Source of the DNA: Rhizomicrobium sp.
GTDB lineage: Bacteria > Pseudomonadota > Alphaproteobacteria > Micropepsales > Micropepsaceae
DNA length: 64,000 nt
Reading direction: 5' to 3'
Assembly: GCA_036267995.1 (NCBI GenBank)
Contig: DATAUZ010000033.1
Location: forward strand, 37,431 to 101,430
Both the position numbers and the translations under genes were made by a program. Each line of letters starts with the position of its first letter. Position 1 is the stretch's first letter. The notes beneath the pieces are model-generated. The model was not told the DNA's origin and did not search any database. It saw only the letters and a list, made by a program, of their open reading frames with translations. Of the stretch, positions 1 to 9,913 are shown in pieces.

Positions 1-1
1 A

Positions 2-871
2 TTGGTGACGCTGCTGGCCGGTGGCCACGGCTTGCTGATCGGCGTGCCCGGTTTGGCGAAAACACGGTTGGTGGAAACGCTGGGCATCGTGCTGGGGCTG
101 GACTGGAAACGCATCCAGTTCACACCGGACTTGATGCCCGCCGACATCGTTGGCTCTGAAGTTCTGGAAGAAGGCGAAGCGCATCGTAGAGCGTTCCGCT
201 TCATCAAAGGGCCGGTGTTCACGCAGTTGCTGATGGCCGATGAAATCAACCGCGCATCCCCGCGCACGCAAAGCGCGCTGCTGCAATCCATGCAGGAACG
301 CCATGTGACGGTGGCCGGCCAGCGTTACGATCTGCCCACGCCGTTTCATGTTCTGGCCACGCAAAATCCGCTGGAGCAGGAAGGCACCTATCCGCTGCCC
401 GAAGCGCAGCTTGACCGTTTCCTGTTGCAGATCGACGTCGGCTATCCCGACAAGGATTCCGAAAAGAAGATGCTCGTCTCCACCACCTTCGGCGATGAAG
501 CGGCGCCGGAACGCGTGTGCGATCCGGCGGCGTTGCTGGATGCGCAAGCCATCGTGCGCCATCTGCCGGTGGGCGAGAAAGTGGTGGATGCGATCCTGCG
601 TATCGTGCGCGCGGCGCGGCCGGACGATGGCGGCGCTGCGGACCTGCGCGGTTTCATTTCATGGGGTCCCGGCCCGCGTGCCAGCCAGGCCTTCATGCTG
701 GCGGTGCGTGCGCGTGCGCTGATCGACGGGCGGCTTGCGCCTTCCACCGACGATGTGGCGGCGCTGGCGCATCCCATTTTGCGCCACCGCATGGCGCTCA
801 ATTTTTCGGCGCGCGCCGAAGGCACGACGCTCGCCCAGGTCATCGACCGGCTGTGCGCGAGCAATCTTTGA
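2..871 (+). CDS. MoxR-family AAA+ ATPase (5' end outside window)
   Basis: Walker A GVPGLAKT and Walker B LLMADEINRA; typical MoxR C-terminal helical region; stop TGA 869-871 overlaps the next start. Confidence 0.9.
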   Translation: MVTLLAGGHGLLIGVPGLAKTRLVETLGIVLGLDWKRIQFTPDLMPADIVGSEVLEEGEAHRRAFRFIKGPVFTQLLMADEINRASPRTQSALLQSMQERHVTVAGQRYDLPTPFHVLATQNPLEQEGTYPLPEAQLDRFLLQIDVGYPDKDSEKKMLVSTTFGDEAAPERVCDPAALLDAQAIVRHLPVGEKVVDAILRIVRAARPDDGGAADLRGFISWGPGPRASQAFMLAVRARALIDGRLAPSTDDVAALAHPILRHRMALNFSARAEGTTLAQVIDRLCASNL

Positions 872-1782
872 CGGACACATTCAACGGCCAAAACGAAAAA
901 TGGAATCCGCTGCGCGAGCAGGCGGAAACCCTTGGCGCATCGCTGCCGCCGCTACTGGTGGCGGCCGAGCGTTTGTCGTCCGCCATCAGTCTTGGCGTGC
1001 ACGGGCGGCGCAAGGCCGGCATGGGCGAAACCTTCTGGCAATTCCGCCGCTATCAATCCGAAGATCCCGCCACCGCGATCGACTGGCGCCAATCGGCCAA
1101 GTCGCAACATCTGTTCGTGCGCCAGCGCGAATGGGAAGCCGCCGAAGCAGTGTGGCTGTGGCGCGATGGATCGCCCGGCATGCGGTTCAAATCCGATCAT
1201 TCCAAAGTCACGAAGATTGATCGCGCCAGCGTGCTGGCCGTCGCACTGGGTTCTCTGCTGACGCGCGGCGGCGAACGCGTCGCACTGTTGGGCGATGGAC
1301 ACGGCCCCGCCAACGGTCGCGCGCCGCTGCGCCGCATTGCGCATGAGTTGATCGAACTGACGCCCTCCGATGCGCGCCTGCCGCCCGATGCGCCCATGAC
1401 CAAGAACGCGCAGTTCGTTTGGTTCAGCGATTTTCTTTCGCCGTTTGCCGAAATCGAAAGCACCATCCGGCGCATTGCGCACGCGGGCCTCACCGGCCAT
1501 CTCGTTCACATCATCGATCCGGCGGAAGAGGATTTTCCCTATTCCGGCCGCGTGCGCTTTGAAGCGGTCAGCGGCAACGACAGCGAAATCCTGGGCCGCG
1601 CCGAAACGGTGCATGACTCCTATCGCGCGCGCTTCAAGGCCCATGCCGAAGCGCTTTCCGCTTTCGCGCGGCGATTGGGCTGGAGCTATCTGGCGCACCG
1701 CACCGACAAACGGCCGGAGCTTGCGCTGGTGGCGCTTTACACCGATCTCGGCGGCGCGCGCGCCAACCGCCAGCGTGCGTAA
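868..1782 (+). CDS. DUF58 domain protein (MoxR partner)
   Basis: FRRYQSEDPATAIDWRQSAK motif typical of DUF58. Only the part downstream of the MoxR stop is plausible. TTG at 868 overlaps the MoxR stop (TTGA); start is uncertain. Confidence 0.75.
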   Translation: MTDTFNGQNEKWNPLREQAETLGASLPPLLVAAERLSSAISLGVHGRRKAGMGETFWQFRRYQSEDPATAIDWRQSAKSQHLFVRQREWEAAEAVWLWRDGSPGMRFKSDHSKVTKIDRASVLAVALGSLLTRGGERVALLGDGHGPANGRAPLRRIAHELIELTPSDARLPPDAPMTKNAQFVWFSDFLSPFAEIESTIRRIAHAGLTGHLVHIIDPAEEDFPYSGRVRFEAVSGNDSEILGRAETVHDSYRARFKAHAEALSAFARRLGWSYLAHRTDKRPELALVALYTDLGGARANRQRA

Positions 1783-1794
1783 AGGCAACGGCGG

Positions 1795-4536
1795 ATGAAC
1801 CTCTTCGCGGGCCTTAGTTTCGGTGCACCCTGGATTCTCGCAGCACTCATTGTTCTGCCCGCGATCTATTGGCTGTTGCGCGTCACGCCGCCGTCGCCCA
1901 AGCGCGTGGTGTTTCCGCCGCTGCGGCTGTTGCTGGGCCTGACGGGAAAAGAAGAAACGCCGGCGCGCACGCCGCTGTGGCTTTTGTTGCTGCGCTTGGC
2001 TGTCGCCGCACTCATCATCGTAGCACTCGCGCAACCCACCATTGGCCAGCCGCCCAAGATGGCGGGCACAGGCCAGCTGGTTCTGTTCGTCGATAACGGC
2101 TGGACAGCGGCACATGCGTGGGATGCGCGCCAGGCCGCGATCGGCGACGCGCTGGCATCCGCCAATCGCGCAGGCCGCGCCGTTGCGATCGTTCCCACCG
2201 CATCCGCGCAATCGCCCGACACAAGCCTGCTGGATGCGGGCGCCGCCGAGCGCGTGGCGCGTGAGCTTGCGCCGCAGCCCTGGATGCCGGATCGCGCACG
2301 CGCGCTGAAAGCTCTGGCGAAAGCAAAGTTTCCATCGCGCCCGGAGATATTGTGGCTCAGCGACGGCGTCGATCAGAACGACACGCGCGCCACCGCCGAT
2401 GCGCTTTCCAAAATCGGCGACCTGCGCATTTATTCCGATGCGGCCGGCAAAGGCCCGCTGGCGCTGAAGCCGCCCGGCACCTCTGCCAACGGATTCACGC
2501 TGTCGGTTTTGCGCGCCGACGCCCGCGGCGAAGCCGGCGGCGAGATCGATGCGGTGGATGCACACGGCGCCAACCTTGCCGCCGCGCGCTTTCACTTTGC
2601 CGACGGCAAAGCGGTGACGGATGCTAAGCTCGCGTTGCCGCTGGAAGTGCGCAACGAAACCGCGCGGCTGGAAATCGCGGGCCAGAATTCAGCCGGCGGC
2701 GTGCAATTGCTCGACAGCAGCGCCAAGCGCCGCGCCGTGGGCCTCGTCTCCGCCAGCAACATGGAAGAAGAGCAGCCGCTTCTCTCCGACCTGTTTTATC
2801 TGGAGCGCGCGCTGCAGCCTTATGCCGATCTGCAGAAAGGCACGATTGCGAATGCGCTGGGCCACGGCGTTTCGGTGCTGCTGCTTTCGGACATCGGCAA
2901 AATCTCCGGCGCCGACCGCGACCGCGTGGCGAAGTTCGTCAGCGACGGCGGCGTGCTGATCCGCTTTGCCGGCGCGCGCATGACACAAGGCGTGGACGAT
3001 CTGGTGCCGGTGAAATTGCGCAGCGGTGGGCGCACGCTGGGCAGCGCGCTGTCCTGGGCCGCGCCGCAGCATCTGGCCGCGTTTCCCGACAACAGTCCGT
3101 TTCGCGGGCTGGCGGTGCCGCGCGAAGTTACCGTATCGCGGCAAATTCTCGCCGAACCGTCGGTCGAGCTTTCCGATCACACCTGGGCGCGGCTAACCGA
3201 CGGCACGCCGCTTGTTACCGCCGCACAGCGCGGCAAGGGTTGGATCGTTCTGTTTCACGTCACGGCAAGCCCGGCGTGGTCGTCGCTGCCGCTGTCCGGT
3301 CTTTACGTCGATATGCTGCGCCGCGTGATCGATCTTTCCAGCGGCACGCGTCCTGCCGATCTTGGCGCGGCAGCCGCCGTTTATCCGCCGTATGAAACGC
3401 TGGATGGCTTCGGCCACACGCGCAAGCCGCCGCCGGAAGCGTTGCCCATTCGCGGCGCCGAACTTTCCAAGGCAACGCCATCGCCAACGCATCCGCCCGG
3501 ACTCTATGGCAGCGAAGGTTCGCAAGTGGCGCTGAACGCGGTCGATGCGCGCGCGCTGCTTCTGCCGTTGCGCGGTGTTTCGGTTCAGCCCTATAGCGGC
3601 AGCGCATCCATGGCGCTGGAATATTGGCTGCTGGCAGCGGCGATCCTGCTGCTGCTGGCCGACAGCATCATCTCGCTCGTCTTGCGCGGGCATCTCGCCG
3701 TGCCGCGCCGCTTGCTGGGTGGTGCCGGCGCGGTGCTACTGGGCATCGCAATTCTGCATCCCAACGTCGCGCGCGCCGACGATGCCTTCGATATGAAAGC
3801 AGCGCTGGATACACGGCTGGCGTATGTCGTCACCGGCCTTCCCGATGTGGATGCGATGAGCAAGGCCGGCCTCACCGGCCTTGGCTTGGTGCTGAAAACG
3901 CGCACGACCTACGAACCGCAAGACCCCGTCGGCGTGAATCTGGAAACCGACAATCTCGCTTTCTTTCCGCTGCTATATTGGCCGATGGATCCGCGCGAGA
4001 AGGATTTGTCGCCCAGGGCGCTGGCCAAGATCGGCGAATATATGCGCAACGGCGGCACCGTGGTGTTCGACACGCGAGACCTCACGCTGGGTGCGGAGCG
4101 CGGCCCCAATTCGCCCGGCGAGCAAACGCTGCGCCGCCTCGTTTCCAAACTCGATCTGCCGCCGCTGCAGCCGATCCCCTCCGATCATGTGCTGACGAAA
4201 GCCTTTTATCTGTTGCAGGATTTTCCCGGCCGCTGGGATGGCGGAAAGGTTTGGGTGGAAGCCCTGCCGCCGCCCGATCCCGATGCGGGGCCGGCGCCCG
4301 CGCGCGGCGGCGATGAAGTTTCACCCGTCATCATCGGCAGCAACGATTGGGCCGCGGCCTGGGCGGTTGACGATCAGGGCCGCCCGCTTGTGGCCTGCGT
4401 TCCCGGCGGCGACCAGCAGCATGAAATGGCCATGCGCTTCGGCGTGAACTTGGTGATGTATGCGCTGACCGGCAACTACAAGGCCGATCAGGTGCATGCG
4501 CCCGCCCTTCTGGAACGGATGGGCAAAGGCCAATGA
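1795..4536 (+). CDS. BatA-like N-terminal double-TM domain / DUF4159-type large membrane protein
   Basis: N-terminus MNLFAGLSFGAPWILAALIVLPAIYWLLR..PP matches the aerotolerance-type double-TM motif; internal TM; C-terminal NGGTVVFDTRD...LVMYALTGNYKADQVH block; third gene of the MoxR operon. Confidence 0.8.
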   Translation: MNLFAGLSFGAPWILAALIVLPAIYWLLRVTPPSPKRVVFPPLRLLLGLTGKEETPARTPLWLLLLRLAVAALIIVALAQPTIGQPPKMAGTGQLVLFVDNGWTAAHAWDARQAAIGDALASANRAGRAVAIVPTASAQSPDTSLLDAGAAERVARELAPQPWMPDRARALKALAKAKFPSRPEILWLSDGVDQNDTRATADALSKIGDLRIYSDAAGKGPLALKPPGTSANGFTLSVLRADARGEAGGEIDAVDAHGANLAAARFHFADGKAVTDAKLALPLEVRNETARLEIAGQNSAGGVQLLDSSAKRRAVGLVSASNMEEEQPLLSDLFYLERALQPYADLQKGTIANALGHGVSVLLLSDIGKISGADRDRVAKFVSDGGVLIRFAGARMTQGVDDLVPVKLRSGGRTLGSALSWAAPQHLAAFPDNSPFRGLAVPREVTVSRQILAEPSVELSDHTWARLTDGTPLVTAAQRGKGWIVLFHVTASPAWSSLPLSGLYVDMLRRVIDLSSGTRPADLGAAAAVYPPYETLDGFGHTRKPPPEALPIRGAELSKATPSPTHPPGLYGSEGSQVALNAVDARALLLPLRGVSVQPYSGSASMALEYWLLAAAILLLLADSIISLVLRGHLAVPRRLLGGAGAVLLGIAILHPNVARADDAFDMKAALDTRLAYVVTGLPDVDAMSKAGLTGLGLVLKTRTTYEPQDPVGVNLETDNLAFFPLLYWPMDPREKDLSPRALAKIGEYMRNGGTVVFDTRDLTLGAERGPNSPGEQTLRRLVSKLDLPPLQPIPSDHVLTKAFYLLQDFPGRWDGGKVWVEALPPPDPDAGPAPARGGDEVSPVIIGSNDWAAAWAVDDQGRPLVACVPGGDQQHEMAMRFGVNLVMYALTGNYKADQVHAPALLERMGKGQ

Positions 4537-6599
4537 ACACCAGCATTGCCTTTGCGCCGCATGTGCCGGACGCGTTTCTTTATCTGCTGATCGCGGCGGC
4601 TTTCATCATCACGCTTTATGCCTTTCTGCGGCGCGCGCGCGGCTGGTGGGCGCGTGGCATTGCACTGGCGATTGCCATTGCGGCACTGGCCAATCCGCTG
4701 ATCGTGCGCGAAACCCGCGAAGGCCTGCCCGATGTCGTCGCCATCATCGTGGATCATTCACAAAGCATGAGCGTGGATGGCCGCCGCGCGCAGGCCGATG
4801 CGGCGGCGACGAAACTGAAAGCGCAGCTGGCCAAAGACAAATCGCTCGAAATCCGCATGGCGGACGTCACCACGCGCGCCACCGGCGACGATAACGGCAC
4901 GCAAGCGTTCGCGGCGCTGAACACCGCGCTGGCCGATGTGCCGCCGGATCGCGTGGCCGGCGCGATCATGCTCACCGACGGCGAAGTGCATGATGCACCG
5001 GCCGCGAACAAACTGACGCTGCATGCGCCGCTGCAGGTGTTGCTGGCGGGATCGCCGGGCGAACGCGACCGCAAGCTCACCATCATCAGCGCCGCGCGCT
5101 TTGCCATCGTGGGCCAGCAGGTTGAGATCGTGGTGCGGGCGGATGATTTCGGCAGCGCCAACACCGGCGATGCCGATGTCGATGTGCGCATCGATGGCGT
5201 GGACAAGGGCACCCGTGTCGTGCCCGTGGGCAAGCCCGCCACCATTAAAGTGCCGCTCACGCACGGCGGGGAGAATGTCATTGAGCTTGCCGCCAAGCCC
5301 GGCCCCGCCGAACTGACGTTGCAGAACAACCGCGCGGTAGTGACGGTGAGCGGCGTGCGCGATCGTTTGCGCGTGCTGCTGGTGTCCGGCGAACCGCATG
5401 CGGGCGAACGGGTGTGGCGCAGTCTTCTGAAATCCGATCCTTCCGTCGATCTGGTGCACTTCACCATTCTGCGGCCGCCGGACAAGCAGGACGCCACGCC
5501 GATCACCGAGCTTTCGCTGATCGCATTCCCCACGCGCGAACTGTTCGCGGAGAAGCTCAACTCGTTCGATCTGGTGATCTTCGATCGCTATCGCGAGCGC
5601 GGGATTCTGCCGCTGGCCTATTTCGACAATATCGCCCGCTATGTGGAAAACGGCGGCGCGCTTCTTGTGTCGTCCGGTCCGGAATTTGCCGAGCCGCTCA
5701 GCATCTATCGCACGCCGCTGGCCGCCGTGTTGCCGGCGCGGCCAACTGGCAACGTGGTGACGCAAGGCTTCAAGCCGATGGTGACGGCGAAGGGATTGGC
5801 GCACCCGGTAACGCGCGATCTTCCCGGCGCCAACACGGCGGACGGCAAACAGCCCACATGGGGCCGCTGGTTTCGCCTGATCGGCGCCGACACGGTGCAC
5901 GGCGAAACGCTGATGTCCGGTCCCAACGATGGCCCGCTTCTGGTTCTCGACACCGTGGGCAAAGGCCGCGTGGCGGAAATCCTTTCCGATCATAGCTGGC
6001 TGTGGGCGCGCGGTTACGAAGGCGGCGGCCCGGTGCAGGAACTGCTGCGGCGCATCGCGCATTGGGCTATGAAAGAACCGGAGCTGGAAGAAGAACGGCT
6101 CACCGCCTCCATCGGCAACGGCGAAATCGTTGTCGAGCGCGCCACCATGGCAGACAGTGCCAAGCCCGTGACGCTGACCTATCCTTCCGGCAAGCACACC
6201 ACACTGACCTTGAACAAAACCGCGCCGGGAATTTTTCGTGGCACCGCCAAGGCCGACGAGCTTGGACTTTATCGCCTGAGCGATGGTGCGCTGAACGCGG
6301 TGGCGGCGGCAGGCCCGCTCAATCCCAAAGAAGTTGCCGACATGCGCGCGACCGATGCGATCCTCAAACCGCTGGCCGATGCCACCAAAGGTTCCGTGCA
6401 CTGGATCAAGGACGGGCTGCCCTCCATTCGCCGCGTGCCGCCGGATCGCATCGCGGGCGGCAGCGACTGGATCGGCTTGCGGCAGAACGGAACCTATCGC
6501 GTCACCAGCGTGGATCAGCAAACATTGTTGCCGCCGTGGCTAGCGCTGGTTCTGCTGCTGGGCACGCTTCTCGCCGCATGGCGGTTTGAAGGCCGTTAA
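4533..6599 (+). CDS. membrane-anchored protein, 4th gene of MoxR/DUF58 operon (function unknown)
   Basis: ATGA overlap with upstream gene; N-terminal TM pair and C-terminal TM (LLPPWLALVLLLGTLLAAW); coding-like composition over 688 aa. Confidence 0.75.
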   Translation: MNTSIAFAPHVPDAFLYLLIAAAFIITLYAFLRRARGWWARGIALAIAIAALANPLIVRETREGLPDVVAIIVDHSQSMSVDGRRAQADAAATKLKAQLAKDKSLEIRMADVTTRATGDDNGTQAFAALNTALADVPPDRVAGAIMLTDGEVHDAPAANKLTLHAPLQVLLAGSPGERDRKLTIISAARFAIVGQQVEIVVRADDFGSANTGDADVDVRIDGVDKGTRVVPVGKPATIKVPLTHGGENVIELAAKPGPAELTLQNNRAVVTVSGVRDRLRVLLVSGEPHAGERVWRSLLKSDPSVDLVHFTILRPPDKQDATPITELSLIAFPTRELFAEKLNSFDLVIFDRYRERGILPLAYFDNIARYVENGGALLVSSGPEFAEPLSIYRTPLAAVLPARPTGNVVTQGFKPMVTAKGLAHPVTRDLPGANTADGKQPTWGRWFRLIGADTVHGETLMSGPNDGPLLVLDTVGKGRVAEILSDHSWLWARGYEGGGPVQELLRRIAHWAMKEPELEEERLTASIGNGEIVVERATMADSAKPVTLTYPSGKHTTLTLNKTAPGIFRGTAKADELGLYRLSDGALNAVAAAGPLNPKEVADMRATDAILKPLADATKGSVHWIKDGLPSIRRVPPDRIAGGSDWIGLRQNGTYRVTSVDQQTLLPPWLALVLLLGTLLAAWRFEGR

Positions 6600-6671
6600 A
6601 GCCGCTATTCCGCCATCGCATCGGCACATTCTGCGTTACAATATCCACGGGATGAATTTGTGGAGACGCAT

Positions 6672-6917
6672 ATGTCGCTGTCGGGATTTCTGAAAGCCGG
6701 CCTGTTCACCGCGCTTGGCGTGATCGCCACGCTGCTCTTGTTCGAGACAAATCTTTTCGCGCAACAGCAGACCAACCCCACGCAGGTTGATGGCTTGAAG
6801 GGCTATGTGCTGCGCGTGATCCATCCCGGCGAAGTGGTAACAATGGAATACCGCGAAGGCCGCGTGAACGTGACCGTCGGCAAAGACGGCAAGATCACGG
6901 ACGTGAAGTTTTATTAG
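6672..6917 (+). CDS. small exported protein, peptidase-inhibitor I78-like
   Basis: Signal/TM segment, then LRVIHPGEVVTMEYREGRVNVTVGKDGKITDVKF, resembling the I78 family. GGAGA lies 5 nt before ATG 6672; the track ORF starts at GTG 6660. Confidence 0.55.
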   Translation: MSLSGFLKAGLFTALGVIATLLLFETNLFAQQQTNPTQVDGLKGYVLRVIHPGEVVTMEYREGRVNVTVGKDGKITDVKFY

Positions 6918-7771
6918 GCCAGGACCGGCGCGGGAAGTTCGCCACGCCGTCTCCAGAACCAGATCGCCGCGATCGCCGTCGTTACAACCAGTCCGATTCC
7001 GAATTCGGTCGTGACGTATAGAACGTGCCCCTTCTGCGCCGTCATGGGATCGAAGATGTCCTGAATGAACTGGTTGTGGCTCGCGTGCAGCATGGCGCAG
7101 GGCCACAGGCTTTGCGATTTCAGCCGCAGCCAGCCGAACACGAAACTGGACGCCACGATCATCGCCGTGAAACACACAAGCTCGTAGATTTTATCCGTGC
7201 CCGCGCCATAGCCGCCGCCGATGATGAGCGGATAGTGCCACAGCGCCCAGATGGCGCCGCTCGCCAAACAGCCGAGCGTGAAGCCGAAGCGCGTGGTCAG
7301 GCGCGGCAGCAGAAAGCCACGCCAGCCGATCTCCTCGCCCAGTGCGGCTGTCAGGCTTTCGAGCATGCCGACCGTTGCCAACCCCGGAATCGATAACAGC
7401 AAGGTCGCAAGATTGGGCCACGCGGAATATCCCCACAGCGCGGCCTTTGTTTTTGCGAAGGCATCGTAGGTGAACGAGTCTTTGATCAGCAGCCACGCGA
7501 CGATATAGACCGGCAGCACATAGAGCAGCGGCACGATATAGCCCAGCCATTCATACTTCAGCGGACGCCAGCTCCAACCCAATGTCGCGATGTCGATTTT
7601 GAAAAGATATGAGGTCGCGAAGGCTGCCAGCGCCGGGCACCACATCAGAATGAGAACCGTGCTGCCTGCTCCAATACCGGCCGTGCTGAACGCCATGATC
7701 GTTTCGGGAACAAGGCTGAAGACGAAAGCCAGAACGATGAAAGTGACGATTTCCCGCGTGAGACGCGTCAT
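6914..7771 (-). CDS. CPBP-family intramembrane glutamic endopeptidase (CAAX/Abi type)
   Basis: Multi-TM protein with the EEIGWRGFL, WALWH and HASHN motifs. Confidence 0.8.
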   Translation of the reverse strand: MTRLTREIVTFIVLAFVFSLVPETIMAFSTAGIGAGSTVLILMWCPALAAFATSYLFKIDIATLGWSWRPLKYEWLGYIVPLLYVLPVYIVAWLLIKDSFTYDAFAKTKAALWGYSAWPNLATLLLSIPGLATVGMLESLTAALGEEIGWRGFLLPRLTTRFGFTLGCLASGAIWALWHYPLIIGGGYGAGTDKIYELVCFTAMIVASSFVFGWLRLKSQSLWPCAMLHASHNQFIQDIFDPMTAQKGHVLYVTTEFGIGLVVTTAIAAIWFWRRRGELPAPVLA

Positions 7772-7855
7772 GCCGGCTTCTCCAAAAAGTTTCCCGGTGC
7801 GTCGGTTATGTTATCCGCCAAGCGGCGCGCCTTCGGCGTATACCTTAAATTGGCT

Positions 7856-8389
7856 CTAGTCGCGAGAGAACGAAATCAGCGCGCTCTGAGACCGGGACCT
7901 TGGGTAGCGCCGCAATTTATACCCGAACTTCGGATAGGTCACAGTCAGCGACTCGTATTCGGCAACCGCGCTGGCGAATATGTGCCGCCGCTCACGATCA
8001 GCCCCGAAGATTTCTTCCCATGGCGGCGCAAGAAATACATGCGAATAATAGCGGCAGCCTTCCGTAGCATCTGAAAAATGCTTTGGCATGGCCAAGCCAT
8101 ATTGCAGGAAATAATTGACCGCATCTATGACACCGCGATCAAAAAAGACGGGCTCCGACATTTCAACAGCGGCGCGATAGTTGGCAACGGATCGCGACAA
8201 TGCCAGTTCGATAAAAGCGTGAGTATCTTGCCATGGCAGCGCGGCTCCGCCAGATTGAAGCTGCTCGCGGACAATCTGCCGCCCAGGCTCCTCAAACACG
8301 GCAACGCCGCGACGTTTTAATTCGGCAAGCAGGGTAGTTTTCCCCCCTCCGGAACAGCCGGAAAGAACGACAAGTTTCTTTGCGTTCAA
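7856..8389 (-). CDS. small P-loop ATPase (AAA_28-like)
   Basis: Walker A GCSGGGKTT near the N-terminus; TTG start overlaps the stop of the upstream GNAT gene (TTGA). Confidence 0.7.
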   Translation of the reverse strand: MNAKKLVVLSGCSGGGKTTLLAELKRRGVAVFEEPGRQIVREQLQSGGAALPWQDTHAFIELALSRSVANYRAAVEMSEPVFFDRGVIDAVNYFLQYGLAMPKHFSDATEGCRYYSHVFLAPPWEEIFGADRERRHIFASAVAEYESLTVTYPKFGYKLRRYPRSRSQSALISFSRD

Positions 8390-8940
8390 GCTTGTCTGCC
8401 CAGCGGCGCGCCGTCTGCGCAGACCGGCTCGTCGATCCGCGCGCGGCGCACCGGCCCTTCCAGCGTTTCCAGCGCGCCGTCCGCCAGCGCCAATCCCAAT
8501 ATGCGCGCAGGGTTCACCGGCCCGAAGAATTTCACGGTGCCGGATTTGATCGCCTTGAAACCAACCCGCGCATAATAAGGCTCGTCGCCCACCAAAATCA
8601 CGGCGCGATAATTCGTCTTCTTCGCGTCCGCGATGCCCTTCTGCATCAGCGCAATGCCGATACCGCGGCCGCGCTGGTCGCTCTGCACCGCCAGCGGGCC
8701 CAGCAGCAGCGCCGCATCACGCCCCACGAATACCGGCCAGAAACGCACCGAGCCGCGCAGGATGCCGTCTTCAATGGCAACGAAGCTCAACCCCGCCTCT
8801 GGCGCCACGCCATCGCGCAACCGGTATGCGGATTTGGCGAAACGGCCGGGGCCAAAGCTGGCCGCGACAAGCGCCTCCACCAGCGGCGCATCGTCCGCGC
8901 GCTCGGGCCTGATTTCCCAGCTCATATCCGCCTCTTTCAA
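8386..8940 (-). CDS. GNAT-family N-acetyltransferase
   Basis: Acetyl-CoA motif QRGRGIGIALM; typical GNAT length. Confidence 0.8.
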   Translation of the reverse strand: MKEADMSWEIRPERADDAPLVEALVAASFGPGRFAKSAYRLRDGVAPEAGLSFVAIEDGILRGSVRFWPVFVGRDAALLLGPLAVQSDQRGRGIGIALMQKGIADAKKTNYRAVILVGDEPYYARVGFKAIKSGTVKFFGPVNPARILGLALADGALETLEGPVRRARIDEPVCADGAPLGRQA

Positions 8941-8994
8941 GCCCCGATGCGCGCGCGCTAAGTTCGCGCCCGAACAATATCAGGAGATAAGCCC

Positions 8995-9912
8995 ATGGGT
9001 GTTCTGGATGGCAAGGTCGTGCTGGTCACGGGCGGCGCGAACGGCATCGGCAAGGAATGTGCGCTGCTGGCGGCGCGCGAAGGCGCCAAGGTTGTGGTCA
9101 ACGATCTGGGCGGCGCGGTGTCCGGCGGTGACGAAGGCTCGGCCGGCCCCGCAGAACAGGTGGCGCATGAAATCCGCAAAGCTGGCGGCGAAGCGGTGTC
9201 CAATTCCGACAGCGTGACCAGCCGCGAAGGCGTCGCGCGCATGATCGAACAGGCAATGGACAGTTTCAAAGGCCTGCACGCCATCATCAATCCGGCCGGC
9301 ATCCTGCGCGACGGCATGTTTCACAAGATGAGCGAGCAGGATTGGGATCAGGTGATCGATGTCCACCTGCAAGGCACCTTCAACGTCTGCAAAGCAGCGA
9401 TCAATCATTTCCGCGAACAGCAGGAAGGTTCGTTCGTCCTGTTCACTTCCACGTCCGGCCTCATCGGCAATATCGGCCAGGCCAATTACGCCGCCGCCAA
9501 GATGGGCATTGTCGGCCTGTCGCGCATCATCGCGATGGAGGGGCTGTCCAAGAACGTGCGCGCCAACACCATCGCGCCGTTTGCCTGGACGCGCATGATC
9601 GCAACCATCCCGGTGAAAGACGAAGCCTCCGCCAAGCGCGTGGAGCGGATGAAGAACATGATGCGCCCCGATCAGGTGGCGCAGCTTGCGGTGTCGCTCG
9701 CTTCGCCGGCTTGCAAGGATGTGTCGGGGCAAATCTTCGTGGCGCGCGGCAACGAGATTTTCCTGATGAGCCAGCCCCGTCCCATTCGCGGCATGGGCAA
9801 GGTGGAAGGCTGGACGCCGGAAACCATCGCCAACCACTGCATGCCCGCGATGAAGCCTAGCTTCACTGAGCTTGGCGCCACCACAAGCGTGTTCGGCTGG
9901 GATCCGGTTTAA
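8995..9912 (+). CDS. SDR-family oxidoreductase (MFE-2 / 3-hydroxyacyl-CoA dehydrogenase-like)
   Basis: TGGANGIG cofactor motif; catalytic YAAAK. Confidence 0.85.
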   Translation: MGVLDGKVVLVTGGANGIGKECALLAAREGAKVVVNDLGGAVSGGDEGSAGPAEQVAHEIRKAGGEAVSNSDSVTSREGVARMIEQAMDSFKGLHAIINPAGILRDGMFHKMSEQDWDQVIDVHLQGTFNVCKAAINHFREQQEGSFVLFTSTSGLIGNIGQANYAAAKMGIVGLSRIIAMEGLSKNVRANTIAPFAWTRMIATIPVKDEASAKRVERMKNMMRPDQVAQLAVSLASPACKDVSGQIFVARGNEIFLMSQPRPIRGMGKVEGWTPETIANHCMPAMKPSFTELGATTSVFGWDPV

Positions 9913-9913
9913 C

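Noticed and set aside
952-2595. Long antisense or out-of-frame ORFs typical of the track (e.g. 952..2595-, 4758..6521-, 13717..15234+, 21803..22735+, 26443..28404-, 36322..37812-, 37875..39356-, 49929..51650+, 55036..56409-)
   Set aside because: Each overlaps a gene with clear family motifs on the other strand or frame. All show the Arg/Gly/Ala/His-rich, motif-free composition expected from the absence of stop codons in GC-rich DNA.
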